DNA of 47,986 nucleotides from Parcubacteria group bacterium 21-54-25 (lineage in GTDB: Bacteria; Patescibacteriota; Minisyncoccia; Phycocordibacterales; Phycocordibacteraceae): assembly GCA_002255585.1 (NCBI GenBank), contig NCBJ01000001.1, positions 1 to 47,986 on the forward strand, given 5' to 3'. Below the pieces are notes generated by a model, which saw only the letters and a program-made list of their open reading frames with translations, ran no database searches and was not told the DNA's origin. Position 1 is the first letter of the stretch, and the number at the start of each line of letters is the position of its first letter. The position numbers and the translations under genes are program-made. Of the stretch, positions 28,329-38,863 are shown piece by piece.

Positions 28329-28439
28329 TTATGTTTTACGTCTTACTTCATGCGGCAGCTCCGGCTGCCGCGTTTTCTTTTTGGCGCAGTCGCGTATAAT
28401 CTCGAAAGATCCTGACACCACTGTGCGGAGGTAAATGAC

Positions 28440-29078
28440 ATGAGCAAAAGAAAGGGTACGTTCATCGCGTTTGAGGGTGGTGATGGGTCCGGAAAGGACA
28501 CGGTCATTGCGGAGCTGCGACGACAATACGCAGATCGTGACGACCTTGTGTTTACACGCGAGCCGGGCGGTACGGTGATCGGTGAGAAGGTGCGCGAACT
28601 GCTGCTTTCGAAAGACACGACCGGCATGAGTTTCAAGACAGAACTCCTGCTATTCCTCGCGGCTCGTGCGCAACTACTCAATGAAGTTATCATTCCTGCG
28701 CTTCAGGCAGATAAGACGGTTGTGGCAAATCGTTTTGGTCTCTCGACCATCGCGTACCAAATTTACGGGCGCGGACGAGAAGAACATCTCCCGTTCCTGC
28801 AAAGCGCCAGTGCCTTTGTTGTCGGAAAGTGGGCACCGGATGTGTACATTCTGTTAGACGTGCCGCCGACAGTCGGCCTGGCGCGTGTCGCAAGCCGAGC
28901 AGAGGAGACGACTCGTTTCGATGATGAAAGGCAGGCTTTTCATGAACGCGTGCGCAACGGGTACTTGAAGCACGTCAGTAATATGAACACTCAGTACGTG
29001 CAGATTGTCGATGCTTCAGAGCCGCTCATCCAAGTACAAAAAAAGGTTAACTCGATCTTTGCTCAGCACTATCAGTAA
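28440..29078 (+). CDS. tmk: Thymidylate kinase
   Basis: FEGGDGSGK, TREPGGT, ARAQL, STIAYQ. Confidence 0.95.
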   Translation: MSKRKGTFIAFEGGDGSGKDTVIAELRRQYADRDDLVFTREPGGTVIGEKVRELLLSKDTTGMSFKTELLLFLAARAQLLNEVIIPALQADKTVVANRFGLSTIAYQIYGRGREEHLPFLQSASAFVVGKWAPDVYILLDVPPTVGLARVASRAEETTRFDDERQAFHERVRNGYLKHVSNMNTQYVQIVDASEPLIQVQKKVNSIFAQHYQ

Positions 29079-29193
29079 CACAGAGGCGCTCTCGATAGAG
29101 CGCCTCATTATTTATTTTGTTGGAGGTTTGTAGATAATCCTGAATTGGCGTATAGTCGCGGCAGATTCCTGGTTACTTTGGGAGGACAATGCA

Positions 29194-30297
29194 ATGTCAA
29201 GAATTGGTGTGTTGCCAAAGCAGATGCTTCGAGAACTGATTGATAACCATCATGTAGACGGTATCAAGGAAGAACACCTTAATCCGGCGTCTATAGATCT
29301 ACCGCTTGACGACGAAGCGTATCGTCTGGAGAGTATCTTCCTACCATTGCGTGGCGAGCGGATTCGTGACTTGCTCCACCTCGTTGGTGCGACGCCGCAC
29401 AACTTCAATAACCCGCTTGAAGTAGGTGTACCGTACCTCATTCGTGTTGCAGGAAAGAAGTGGGAATTGCCGAGCGTTGTATATGGTTATGCAAATCCAA
29501 AATCATCCACAGGACGCAACGCCTTTTTTTGCAGAGTCGTCGCGGACGGGGTCGACATGTACGATGCGCTCATTGGGCCGAGCTGGAGAGGAGAGCAGTG
29601 GGTGCTCGCTCGTCCGGATTGCATTCCCGTGCTCGTGCAACCCGGCTTAGCCGTTTCTCAGATGCGGTTTTTTGACGGTAAATCATTTCTCGACAACATA
29701 CATGCTGAATTTGCTATCAACGAGACTGGGCTTATCTTCGGCGAAGATGGGAAGAAAGTGCCATTACCGAACGCGCGTATGCATTCGGATTCGTTCTTAC
29801 TCACACTTCACGTCAATGGCGGCACAGCCCATCTGCGTAAGGGCGGTTTCTACATCATGACGACTGTCGAACCGGTCCTTGTTCCGCCGAATTTTTCAGC
29901 AGAACTTCGCGCAATTGATCCGAGACTTGGCGAATTCCGTTCCCATTCGGCCGGGTATATCGATCCAGGGTGGGGGTATGGAAAGAGTGGAGAGGCTGGT
30001 GGGCGGCCTATCACACTCGAGATTACTCCCCAGGAAGACATGCTGGTTCGTCACGGACAGATCATTGCGCGCATTCGCTTCGAGCACATGAAGGAAGTTC
30101 CAGAAGTTCTTTATGACGCGGCCGCATCGAACTACACTGATCAACATACGGCCCGGCTCTCAAAACACTTCAAGAAGGTGGACGATTCAGACATAATCGG
30201 GTGGGAATGTCGTGGAACTCGTAAGGTGCTTGATCTCAGCAAGGTTAACTACTACGAGCCCGCAGACTTCTTTAGTCCAGTTCGAGCAATTAAATAA
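29194..30297 (+). CDS. dcd: dCTP deaminase (long two-domain DCD family), permuted
   Basis: PASIDL, NPKSSTGR, GEFRSHSAGYIDPGWG, LSKHF. Confidence 0.85.
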   Translation: MSRIGVLPKQMLRELIDNHHVDGIKEEHLNPASIDLPLDDEAYRLESIFLPLRGERIRDLLHLVGATPHNFNNPLEVGVPYLIRVAGKKWELPSVVYGYANPKSSTGRNAFFCRVVADGVDMYDALIGPSWRGEQWVLARPDCIPVLVQPGLAVSQMRFFDGKSFLDNIHAEFAINETGLIFGEDGKKVPLPNARMHSDSFLLTLHVNGGTAHLRKGGFYIMTTVEPVLVPPNFSAELRAIDPRLGEFRSHSAGYIDPGWGYGKSGEAGGRPITLEITPQEDMLVRHGQIIARIRFEHMKEVPEVLYDAAASNYTDQHTARLSKHFKKVDDSDIIGWECRGTRKVLDLSKVNYYEPADFFSPVRAIK

Positions 30298-30368
30298 TAG
30301 TTGAGTGGTTTGTTGCCCGCGACGGCGTAGCTGTCGCGGGTTTTTTCTTTTTGTGCAAAAATGTGGGC

Positions 30369-31631
30369 ATGGATTTCTCATTCATTCAGGAAGAGGATGC
30401 CGACGCATACGCAGCAATTGCGGGGGAGGAACAGCGGCAAGCCGAGGGGCTAGAACTTATCCCGTCTGAAAACTATGTGTCGCGCGCGGTGAAGGAGGCG
30501 CTTGCTTCGTCGCTCACGAACAAATATGCGGAGGGGTATCCGGGCGCGCGCTACTACGGAGGGCAAGAGTTTACGGATGCAGTCGAGACGCTCGCCATTG
30601 AGCGTGCAAAGAAACTTTTCGGTGCGCAGTATGCAAACGTGCAGCCGCTTGGCGGCGCAAACGCAAATATCGCGATGTACTTTGCGCTTCTTGAGCCGGG
30701 TGACACCGTGCTTGGCATGGAGCTCTCGCATGGCGGGCACCTGACGCACGGGCACCCCATAACGTATCTCACCAAGATTTTCAATTTCGTGCGCTACGGC
30801 ATGAAAGATATTGAGACGGGGGAGATTGATTACGACGAGATGCGCCGCGTCGCCAAAGAAATGAAACCAAAGATAGTGCTTGCTGGCTTTTCGGCCTATC
30901 CGCGCGAGCTCGACTACGCGAAGTTTGTGGAAATCGCACGCGAAGTGGGCGCCGTTGCGGTGATGGATGTAGCGCACATCGCGGGGCTCATTGCGGGTGG
31001 TGTGGCGAAGAATCCGTTTGACTATGGGTTTGACGTTCTCACCACGACAACGCACAAAACACTGCGCGGCCCGCGTGGCGGCATGATTCTCACGCGCGCG
31101 AGCGATGCACTCGCCAAAAAAATAGACAAGAGCGTCTTCCCAGGGCTTCAGGGCGGCCCCCACATGAACAATGTCGCCGCAAAGGCCGTGGCGTTTGGCG
31201 AGGCGCTCCGCCCGAGTTTTAAAACGTATGCCGCGCAGGTGGTGAAAAACGCACGCGCAATGGCAGAGGTGTTTTCCACGCACGGCGCACGCATGATTAC
31301 CGCCGGCACGAGTAACCACCTTATCTTGCTCGATACCGAGACATCGTTTGGTATGTCGGGTGGAGAAGCAGAGGCGCTGCTCGATCGCGCGGGCATCACG
31401 CTCAATAAGAACGCGATACCAGACGACACCAGGAAGCCGATGGATCCCTCTGGTATTCGCTTCGGCACGCCCGCACTCACGACGCGCGGTTTTACTGAAG
31501 ACGAGTGCCAAGACGTTGCCACGCGTATGGTACGCGTACTTACAAAGCGCGATGACGAAATGGTAGTCCAGGTACGCAAGGCAGTCCATGCGCTCGCTAC
31601 AGGACACCCTATACCCGAGTCCTTTCCCTAG
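30369..31631 (+). CDS. glyA: Serine hydroxymethyltransferase
   Basis: LIPSEN, NKYAEGYPG, GGHLTHG, TTTHKTLRGPRGG. Confidence 0.97.
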   Translation: MDFSFIQEEDADAYAAIAGEEQRQAEGLELIPSENYVSRAVKEALASSLTNKYAEGYPGARYYGGQEFTDAVETLAIERAKKLFGAQYANVQPLGGANANIAMYFALLEPGDTVLGMELSHGGHLTHGHPITYLTKIFNFVRYGMKDIETGEIDYDEMRRVAKEMKPKIVLAGFSAYPRELDYAKFVEIAREVGAVAVMDVAHIAGLIAGGVAKNPFDYGFDVLTTTTHKTLRGPRGGMILTRASDALAKKIDKSVFPGLQGGPHMNNVAAKAVAFGEALRPSFKTYAAQVVKNARAMAEVFSTHGARMITAGTSNHLILLDTETSFGMSGGEAEALLDRAGITLNKNAIPDDTRKPMDPSGIRFGTPALTTRGFTEDECQDVATRMVRVLTKRDDEMVVQVRKAVHALATGHPIPESFP

Positions 31632-31648
31632 TCTGCTACACTGGTGGC

Positions 31649-33061
31649 ATGAGGTCGTTTGAAGGAGGAGGCAGGTCAGAAAGAGCGCGCAAAAAGCCGC
31701 AGGCGACGCCGAAAGAAGACCTTGAGGATTCAGGGCGCCGCAGGTTTCTCCGGCGCGTTGTAGGTGGTGCCGTTCTCGCAACGCCGGTCGCTAAGTGGCT
31801 TGAGCATCCTGCGCGTGGAATACCCGAAGCTCCGCCAGAAGCTCCGCGCGTCCAAAAACAGCCCACCCAAGAGCCGCCAGCAACACAAAAACCACCACCA
31901 CACGAACCGTTGTACGAGCAGCCCCAGCACACTATCGAAACAAAAGAAGACATATTTAATCAGTATTCATTTCTAAACGCTGCCGAACATACAACGAGTG
32001 TACATACGCGCGAAATCGAGGGCATGCGTCTGGATGACCTCTACGCAGAATATCTTGGTGTGCCGGACGGTACGGTTGCGTCCGAAACACTCGACCTCGA
32101 TTTCCAAGCGGCGTTAGCGGGTCTTTGGAAACTCAAATGTGAGTACATGATATCCAAATCATCGTTGCCCGGCGACAAACGACAGAAATGGGAAGCGTTT
32201 TTGGAACAGAACAAGCCACTCGTGGATTTCGCTGAAGCACAGTACCGTGCGTACAGTCCGGAGAGCGCACAGAAGGTGTCGTTTGACGAATATAAAAAGG
32301 AGGTAGAAGACTCTATCGCAGACGGACACAAGAAATTTACGGACGCGATCAAGGCGTTCGCACAACAGGAGCCGCCCGATCCACATTTCACACACCCGAG
32401 ACGCCTCCTTATGGTAAAGCTGGCGCACATACGCGCAGACGACCTCATCGCGTGTTCGCTCACCGAGCTCATGCCATCAGCAGACGGAAGAAAGAATGCG
32501 ACAATGTTTGATTTCTTGCTGCGCACGGCGGGCGTGGATTTTGTCTACCGCATCCCCGCTGTTCACGACCGGCAGCTTTCGTTTGGACCGTACCAAATAA
32601 CGCCACAGATATTCGGTTCTGGAGCGGGCACCTATGCGGAGCGTTTCGTGCAAAAGCTTCCAACGGGGTACATGCCGGAACGTGTGCAAGACGTCTCCGG
32701 AACGCTCCACCACCGCGTCGCATACCTGGTGGCAGTCGAACACATAGTGCAACTCGTTGGCATGATGAATGACGCAGAAGTGGAGCGTGCACAAAAGGCG
32801 CTACACTTTATGGCAAACGCGACATTGCACCGAGAGATACTCACTCTTATTGCAACGGCGCACCATCGCCCTGCTGCTGCCTATGAGCGCTTTCGGCACT
32901 TCCTTGCGCACGCACCGACCGAGCACCACGTAAAAGCTATACCGCCGTCGTACCAAGATCTCAAGCATGGTGAACTGCGCCGCTATGCTGAAAAAGCAGT
33001 CGCTAACTATGAGTTCCTGACGACACCTGGTGCGTACGCGAGTATTGGCGCGGTGGCATAG
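31649..33061 (+). CDS. Hypothetical protein with twin-Arg-like N-terminal anchor and Pro-rich linker
   Basis: GRRRFLRRVVGGAVLA; 470 aa ORF with its own -10. Confidence 0.65.
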   Translation: MRSFEGGGRSERARKKPQATPKEDLEDSGRRRFLRRVVGGAVLATPVAKWLEHPARGIPEAPPEAPRVQKQPTQEPPATQKPPPHEPLYEQPQHTIETKEDIFNQYSFLNAAEHTTSVHTREIEGMRLDDLYAEYLGVPDGTVASETLDLDFQAALAGLWKLKCEYMISKSSLPGDKRQKWEAFLEQNKPLVDFAEAQYRAYSPESAQKVSFDEYKKEVEDSIADGHKKFTDAIKAFAQQEPPDPHFTHPRRLLMVKLAHIRADDLIACSLTELMPSADGRKNATMFDFLLRTAGVDFVYRIPAVHDRQLSFGPYQITPQIFGSGAGTYAERFVQKLPTGYMPERVQDVSGTLHHRVAYLVAVEHIVQLVGMMNDAEVERAQKALHFMANATLHREILTLIATAHHRPAAAYERFRHFLAHAPTEHHVKAIPPSYQDLKHGELRRYAEKAVANYEFLTTPGAYASIGAVA

Positions 33062-33100
33062 GAGTGGATTATTTTTTTGATACACTCTACACTCGGTGCT

Positions 33101-34771
33101 ATGAAGGATCGTATCCATGACATTGTTGCTACGGTACTCGCCGACCGGGGCGCTCGCGAGGTCGCGTTTACGGTGGAGTACCCGGCAGACATAGCACACG
33201 GCGACTACGCGGTAAACGCTGCCATGGTCGCTGCTAAAACACTCGGGGGAAAGCCACGTGAGATTGCGGAGAAGCTTTCGGTGGCGCTACGAGAAGCCCT
33301 TGGCGCTGACGCGTCCTCGATAGAGGTTGCCGGGCCTGGCTTTGTGAACATTACCTTGTCGCAGGGCGCGCTGTTGGGCGAACTCGAAGAAGCCCTTGCG
33401 GCAGGCACGGCGTGGGGACAGGGAACAGCAAAAAAAGACACGCGCGTGCTCATTGAGTATTCAAACCCAAACGCATTCAAAGAAATGCACATTGGCCACC
33501 TGGTCGGCACAATTATCGGGGAGGCGCTCGCACGACTTATCGAAAACGTGGGTGCCGTGGTGGCGCGGGACACGTTTGGCGGCGATATCGGGCCAAATGT
33601 CGCTAAGGCGCTCTGGGGGCTGCGTCATGCGAACGGTATCGAGCCCACATCGGCCAAGGAGATTGGTAACGCATATGTGCATGGCGCGCGCGCATACGAA
33701 GAAAGTGAAAAAGCAAAGGAAGAAATTGACGCGCTCAACAAAGCAATCTACGCAGGCGATGACAAGGAACTCATGGATTTGTGGCGCAAAGGGCGCGCTG
33801 TCTCGGTGGAGGAATTTCGCCGATTGTGGCAGCTGCTCGGCACCCGTTTCGATTTTGAGTTTTTTGACAGCGATACAACTGAGATTGGCATGCGCACCGT
33901 GCAAGACGGTCTTGCAAAAGGGATTTTTGAAAAGAGTGACGGTGCGGTTATTTATAATGGGGAAGGCAAGGGCGTGCACACAATGGTATTTATCACCTCG
34001 CATGGTACCCCAACGTACGAGGCGAAAGACATCGGTCTCGCCTTTCTTAAAGAGGAGCGCTGGCCGTCAGACAAGGTCATCATCGTGTCGGGTACGGAGC
34101 AGATAGGACGATTTAAGACCGTGCTTGCGGCGCTTCGCGAGCTCGCGCCACTGGTCGCCGCCAAGACCACGCACGTGCCAAACGGCTTTTTGAAACTTTC
34201 AAGCGGGAAAATGTCATCGCGTACCGGTACGGTTATCACGGCAAGCGATCTTATACAAAATGTTATCGCGCGTGTACGCGAGAAGAACGACGATCCTGTT
34301 GTCGCCGGACAGGTGGCGGTGGGTGCGATTAAATACATGGTGCTGCGCCAGTCGCCGGGGGCTGACATCGTGTTTGACTCAGAGCAATCGCTCTCGCTCG
34401 AAGGTGACTCAGGGCCGTACCTACAGTACGCACTCGTGCGTGCGCGCTCGGTGCTGCGCGCCGTCGAAGAAGCGGGGGGAACAAGAGACGATGCTGCGCT
34501 TACTCAGGACGCGCCCGCGCAACCATACGAAATCACGCGGCTCATCACGCGTTTCCCGGACGTAGCCGCGCGCGCCGAGGCGCTGCTTGCGCCAAACATT
34601 CTCACGACTTACCTCACCGAACTTGCTGGCGCTTGGAACTCTTTTTACGCAAAAGAGCGCATTGTGGGCGGAACGTACGAAGCACACAAGCTCTCGCTCG
34701 CGCGCGCGTTTGCAGCAACCATGACAAACGGTCTCACGCTACTTGGCATTCCCACACCAGAAAAAATGTAA
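33101..34771 (+). CDS. argS: Arginine-tRNA ligase
   Basis: HGDYA, GPGFVN, HIGH, KMSSR, GDSGPYLQYA. Confidence 0.97.
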   Translation: MKDRIHDIVATVLADRGAREVAFTVEYPADIAHGDYAVNAAMVAAKTLGGKPREIAEKLSVALREALGADASSIEVAGPGFVNITLSQGALLGELEEALAAGTAWGQGTAKKDTRVLIEYSNPNAFKEMHIGHLVGTIIGEALARLIENVGAVVARDTFGGDIGPNVAKALWGLRHANGIEPTSAKEIGNAYVHGARAYEESEKAKEEIDALNKAIYAGDDKELMDLWRKGRAVSVEEFRRLWQLLGTRFDFEFFDSDTTEIGMRTVQDGLAKGIFEKSDGAVIYNGEGKGVHTMVFITSHGTPTYEAKDIGLAFLKEERWPSDKVIIVSGTEQIGRFKTVLAALRELAPLVAAKTTHVPNGFLKLSSGKMSSRTGTVITASDLIQNVIARVREKNDDPVVAGQVAVGAIKYMVLRQSPGADIVFDSEQSLSLEGDSGPYLQYALVRARSVLRAVEEAGGTRDDAALTQDAPAQPYEITRLITRFPDVAARAEALLAPNILTTYLTELAGAWNSFYAKERIVGGTYEAHKLSLARAFAATMTNGLTLLGIPTPEKM

Positions 34772-34861
34772 AAGTTGCACGCACGCTGCGCCCTGTGGTA
34801 CAGTCGTCGACGGACGTACGATACACTCCGCACGACAACCACTGCAACGAAGGAGCACTGC

Positions 34862-35218
34862 ATGACTGAGCGATATCCGAACAACAAGAAGGAACGATCT
34901 TCCTCTGAGTTGAGGAAGATGGTGCGCGCGACAGATCACTGTTTGCGCGAAGGAAATATGACCACTCTGGAGTTGTTCACACGCGCGTATGCTCGTTATG
35001 AACCGGGGACGCCTCCTGCCGAACTGGAAAAGGCCCTGGGTACGTATGACCTTGGTCGTGAAGAAATTTTCGCTGGGCACAGGGTGGAAGACGCCTTCAT
35101 TCCCCAACCAGTCGAAAGATTCGTGCGCGACGTGCGTGTCGCCGCTACACAGGCGCTTTCTGCGGATAAGGCGGGAAAACCGCCTTATGTGCGGTACCCG
35201 CGCCGCGCGTACGCATAG
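34862..35218 (+). CDS. Small hypothetical protein
   Basis: AAGGAG SD before ATG 34862; fills the argS-ileS gap. Confidence 0.45.
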   Translation: MTERYPNNKKERSSSELRKMVRATDHCLREGNMTTLELFTRAYARYEPGTPPAELEKALGTYDLGREEIFAGHRVEDAFIPQPVERFVRDVRVAATQALSADKAGKPPYVRYPRRAYA

Positions 35219-35314
35219 AGCCCCGTTCTAACTAAAAATAACCACCGCCCCCTTTCGCCGACGCACACGCGCCGGCATTTTTCTTTTTTTGCACAAAGCG
35301 CTAGGATAGTCTGT

Positions 35315-38300
35315 ATGGAAGACGCGCCGCAGTCTGAAACAGCAAAGCGAGAGGAGGAAATACTCGCGTTCTGGGAAGAGCACCACATTTTTGAGAAATC
35401 ACTTGAGAAGCCCTCCCCAAAGGGCGAGTTCACTTTTTATGACGGCCCGCCGTTTGCCACCGGCACGCCGCACTACGGACACATCGTCGCGAGCGTCATG
35501 AAAGATGCCGTGCCGCGCTACAAGACCATGCGTGGGTATCACGTGCCGCGGGTGTGGGGCTGGGACTGTCACGGTCTTCCGATAGAGAACATCGTCGAAA
35601 AAGAGCTCGGCTTTAAACACAAGAAAGACATCAAGGCGTACGGCGTTGAAAAGTTTAACGAGCGATGCCGTGCGCAGGTGCTCATGTACGTGGACTACTG
35701 GAAAAAATTCATTCCACGCATCGGACGTTTCGTCGACATGGAACACGCGTACCACACGATGGACCACACGTTCATGGAGAGCGTCTGGTGGGTATTCAAA
35801 CAGGTGTACGACAAGGGTCTTGTGTACGAGGACTACCGCTCCATGCACATTTGTCCACGTTGCGAAACGACGCTTTCGCAGCAAGAGGTAGCGGAAGGGT
35901 ACAAAGACGTGAAAGACATCGCGGTGACGGTGAAGTTTAAAGTAGCGCCAGGGCAGAAAATAGGGAATGAGTTTGTGGCGGACGATAAAACTTTTGTTTT
36001 GGCATGGACAACGACCCCTTGGACTCTCCCTGGTAATGTGGCGCTTGCTGTCGGAAAGGACGTGCAATATGAAGCGGCGAAACTTCCTAACGGCGAGACA
36101 TACATATTTGCGTTCGAACTTGCAAAGAAAATCGAAGGGATTAAAGAACACATGGATTCAGGCCGTGAGTTCAGCAAGAACACATGGTTCTTTAAGGGCG
36201 ACGATCTCGTCGGTCTCGAATACGAACCGCCATTCGACTACTACAAAAAAGACACGGAACTGAAGGATCGAAAAAACGGATGGAAGGTGTATGCCGCTGA
36301 CTTCGTCACGACCGACACCGGCACCGGCATTGTGCACATCGCGCCAGCATTTGGCGAGGATGACATGGCACTCGGTAAAGAAAAAGAACTACCATTTGTG
36401 CAGCATGTCAGCTATGACGGCACGATGCGTCCAGAGGTCACGGATTTTGCCGGCAGAGAAGTGAAGCCGCGCTCCGACGACGATAAGGTGCGCCTCGGTA
36501 CCGACATCGATATCATCAAGTACCTCCAGGAGCACGGCGCATTCTTCTCTAAAGAGAACTTAGTGCATTCCTATCCGCATTGCTGGCGTTGCGACACGCC
36601 GCTACTGAACTACGCGACGACGTCGTGGTTCGTTTCGGTAACCAAACGCAAGAACCAGTTGCTTGAAAACGCAAAGAAGATTACTTGGTCACCGGCGCAC
36701 ATAAAAGAAGGTCGTTTCGGCAAGTGGCTCGAAGGCGCGCGCGATTGGTCAATTTCGCGCCAACGTTTTTGGGCGAGTGCTATGCCGATTTGGAAAGATT
36801 CAGCGGGAAATATCACCGTTATTGGTTCGGTCGAGGAATTAAAGTGTCACACCAAGACGAGCGGCAATACATATCTCATGATGCGCCACGGCGAGTCGAA
36901 GGGGAATGTTCAAAGAACTTTTGATTCTGGGAATGACCCAACAAATGGCCTCACCGAAAAAGGAAAGACGCAAGTTGATACCGCCGCGGAGCAGTTGAAA
37001 GAGCTGGGTATCACAAAAATGTATGCCTCACCGCTACCGCGAACGAAAGAAACCGCCGAACGTGTAGCGAATCGCCTCGGCATCACAACCGACTCCATTA
37101 TCTATGACGAGCGTCTGCGCGAATTTAATTTTGGCTCGCTAAGCGACAAGAGCAATCCTCACGCGGACGAGACGTTTTGGGAATGGAAGAATGCACATGG
37201 GTATCTCGATCACGCACCAGGAGGTGGCGAGAGTTATTTTGAAGTGAAAAACCGCTTCGGGTCATTCCTCTATGAACTTGAATATACGCTCAAAAACGAA
37301 CGGATACTCATCGTGTCGCATGGCGGCGCGTTTGAATCGGCTGAAGTAGTCCTAAAAGGTGCCGATGTTGCTGCCGCCAACAACATTTTGAATAAAATTA
37401 TCAGTAGCGCAAAAGAAGCGGAGGTGCGCAAACTTGATTTCATTCCACTCCCGCATAACCGCGACTACGAGCTCGACTTGCACCTGCCCTATATCGACCA
37501 GGTACAACTCGTAAACGAGGAGGGCGAGCCACTTACGCGCGTTCCTGATGTGCTTGATACTTGGTTTGACTCCGGCTCCATGCCGTACGCCCAGAAACAC
37601 TATCCGTTTGAAGACAGAGAGCAGTTTGAGAAGACCTTTCCAGCGCAATTCATTGCGGAAGGCGTTGATCAGACGCGCGCGTGGTTTTACTATTTGCATG
37701 TGCTTGGCGGCGCACTCTTTGACATGCCAGCATTTGAGAACGTCATTGTGAACGGTATTGTCGTGTCGCCAGAAGATGGTAAAAAACTCTCAAAGAGCAA
37801 GAAAAATTATCCAGACCCCATGACGGTAGTGGAAAAGTATGGCGCCGACGCACTTCGTTTCTACCTGCTCTCGTCACCGGTCGTGGCTGCTGAGAACCTT
37901 GCGTTTTCCGAAGAGGGTGTTGACGACGTCGCAAAAAAGAATCTCGGCCGCCTCAGCAACGTACTCTCGTTCTACCAGCTTCATGCAGACGGCACCCCCG
38001 CCGCGTCAACGAGCACGCACCTACTTGATCAATGGATCCTGGCGCGTCTTAGTCAGCTCGTCGCTGAGGTAACCGAAGGATATGAACACTACGCACTTGA
38101 TCGCGCTGCGCGACCGATACCGGCGTTCATTGACGATTTGTCCGCGTGGTATGTGCGCCGTTCGCGCGATCGTTTTAAGGAAGATGGTGCGGGGAAAGCC
38201 GCGGCGCTTGCAACACTGCGCTACGTGCTCCGTGAGAGCGCGAAAGTGATGGCTCCAGCTTTGCCGTTTATTGCAGAGCGGATATTTCAGGGAGTAAGAA

Positions 38301-38863
38301 GCGCAGATGACCCAGAAAGCGTACATCTTGCGTCCTGGCCGGAGAGAAGCTCTTCGCCGCTTACGCGCCTTGTGACGCAGGTTACGGGCGACAAAGATGC
38401 CGCGCTGCTTACTGGCATGGCGCGGGTGCGGGCGCTCGCTTCGGAAGCACTCATGTTGCGTCAGAAAGAGGGGATAAAAGTGCGTCAGCCGCTTGCAGCG
38501 CTTGCGGTGCCGGACGCGCTTTCAGCGCCACTCGCTGCAATACTCGCCGATGAAGTGAACGTGAAGCGTGTTGAAACACGTGCGCCGGCACTCTGGCTCG
38601 ATACGCAACGTACCGACGCGCTTGTGCGCGAGGGTGACATCCGTGAATTTACCCGCGCGCTTGCAGAAGCGCGTAAGACCGCAGGGCTTTCCCCGCAGGA
38701 TACGGTACACCTCGTCGTTGAAGAGTCGGCACGAGCACTGCTAATCGACGTGTCGCTTTCCGGCGTCTCAATTCTATCGTTTGCCGCCACTGTCGCTCCA
38801 CCCTATACCGCACCACTTTCTTTTGGCTCAGTGGCGTTTTCGTTTTCACGGCATGCGACATAA
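35315..38863 (+). CDS. ileS: Isoleucine-tRNA ligase (type II-like) with inserted histidine-phosphatase domain
   Basis: DGPPFATG.PHYGH, GWDCHGLP, WTTTPWTLP, DWSISRQR, KLSKS; RHGE..SHGG insert. Confidence 0.95.
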   Translation: MEDAPQSETAKREEEILAFWEEHHIFEKSLEKPSPKGEFTFYDGPPFATGTPHYGHIVASVMKDAVPRYKTMRGYHVPRVWGWDCHGLPIENIVEKELGFKHKKDIKAYGVEKFNERCRAQVLMYVDYWKKFIPRIGRFVDMEHAYHTMDHTFMESVWWVFKQVYDKGLVYEDYRSMHICPRCETTLSQQEVAEGYKDVKDIAVTVKFKVAPGQKIGNEFVADDKTFVLAWTTTPWTLPGNVALAVGKDVQYEAAKLPNGETYIFAFELAKKIEGIKEHMDSGREFSKNTWFFKGDDLVGLEYEPPFDYYKKDTELKDRKNGWKVYAADFVTTDTGTGIVHIAPAFGEDDMALGKEKELPFVQHVSYDGTMRPEVTDFAGREVKPRSDDDKVRLGTDIDIIKYLQEHGAFFSKENLVHSYPHCWRCDTPLLNYATTSWFVSVTKRKNQLLENAKKITWSPAHIKEGRFGKWLEGARDWSISRQRFWASAMPIWKDSAGNITVIGSVEELKCHTKTSGNTYLMMRHGESKGNVQRTFDSGNDPTNGLTEKGKTQVDTAAEQLKELGITKMYASPLPRTKETAERVANRLGITTDSIIYDERLREFNFGSLSDKSNPHADETFWEWKNAHGYLDHAPGGGESYFEVKNRFGSFLYELEYTLKNERILIVSHGGAFESAEVVLKGADVAAANNILNKIISSAKEAEVRKLDFIPLPHNRDYELDLHLPYIDQVQLVNEEGEPLTRVPDVLDTWFDSGSMPYAQKHYPFEDREQFEKTFPAQFIAEGVDQTRAWFYYLHVLGGALFDMPAFENVIVNGIVVSPEDGKKLSKSKKNYPDPMTVVEKYGADALRFYLLSSPVVAAENLAFSEEGVDDVAKKNLGRLSNVLSFYQLHADGTPAASTSTHLLDQWILARLSQLVAEVTEGYEHYALDRAARPIPAFIDDLSAWYVRRSRDRFKEDGAGKAAALATLRYVLRESAKVMAPALPFIAERIFQGVRSADDPESVHLASWPERSSSPLTRLVTQVTGDKDAALLTGMARVRALASEALMLRQKEGIKVRQPLAALAVPDALSAPLAAILADEVNVKRVETRAPALWLDTQRTDALVREGDIREFTRALAEARKTAGLSPQDTVHLVVEESARALLIDVSLSGVSILSFAATVAPPYTAPLSFGSVAFSFSRHAT

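Noticed and set aside
30450-31781. Long antisense ORFs (e.g. 443 aa opposite glyA; also 301-1065, 8045-8953, 41873-42808)
   Set aside because: Shadows of well-supported genes in GC-rich coding sequence, with no motifs
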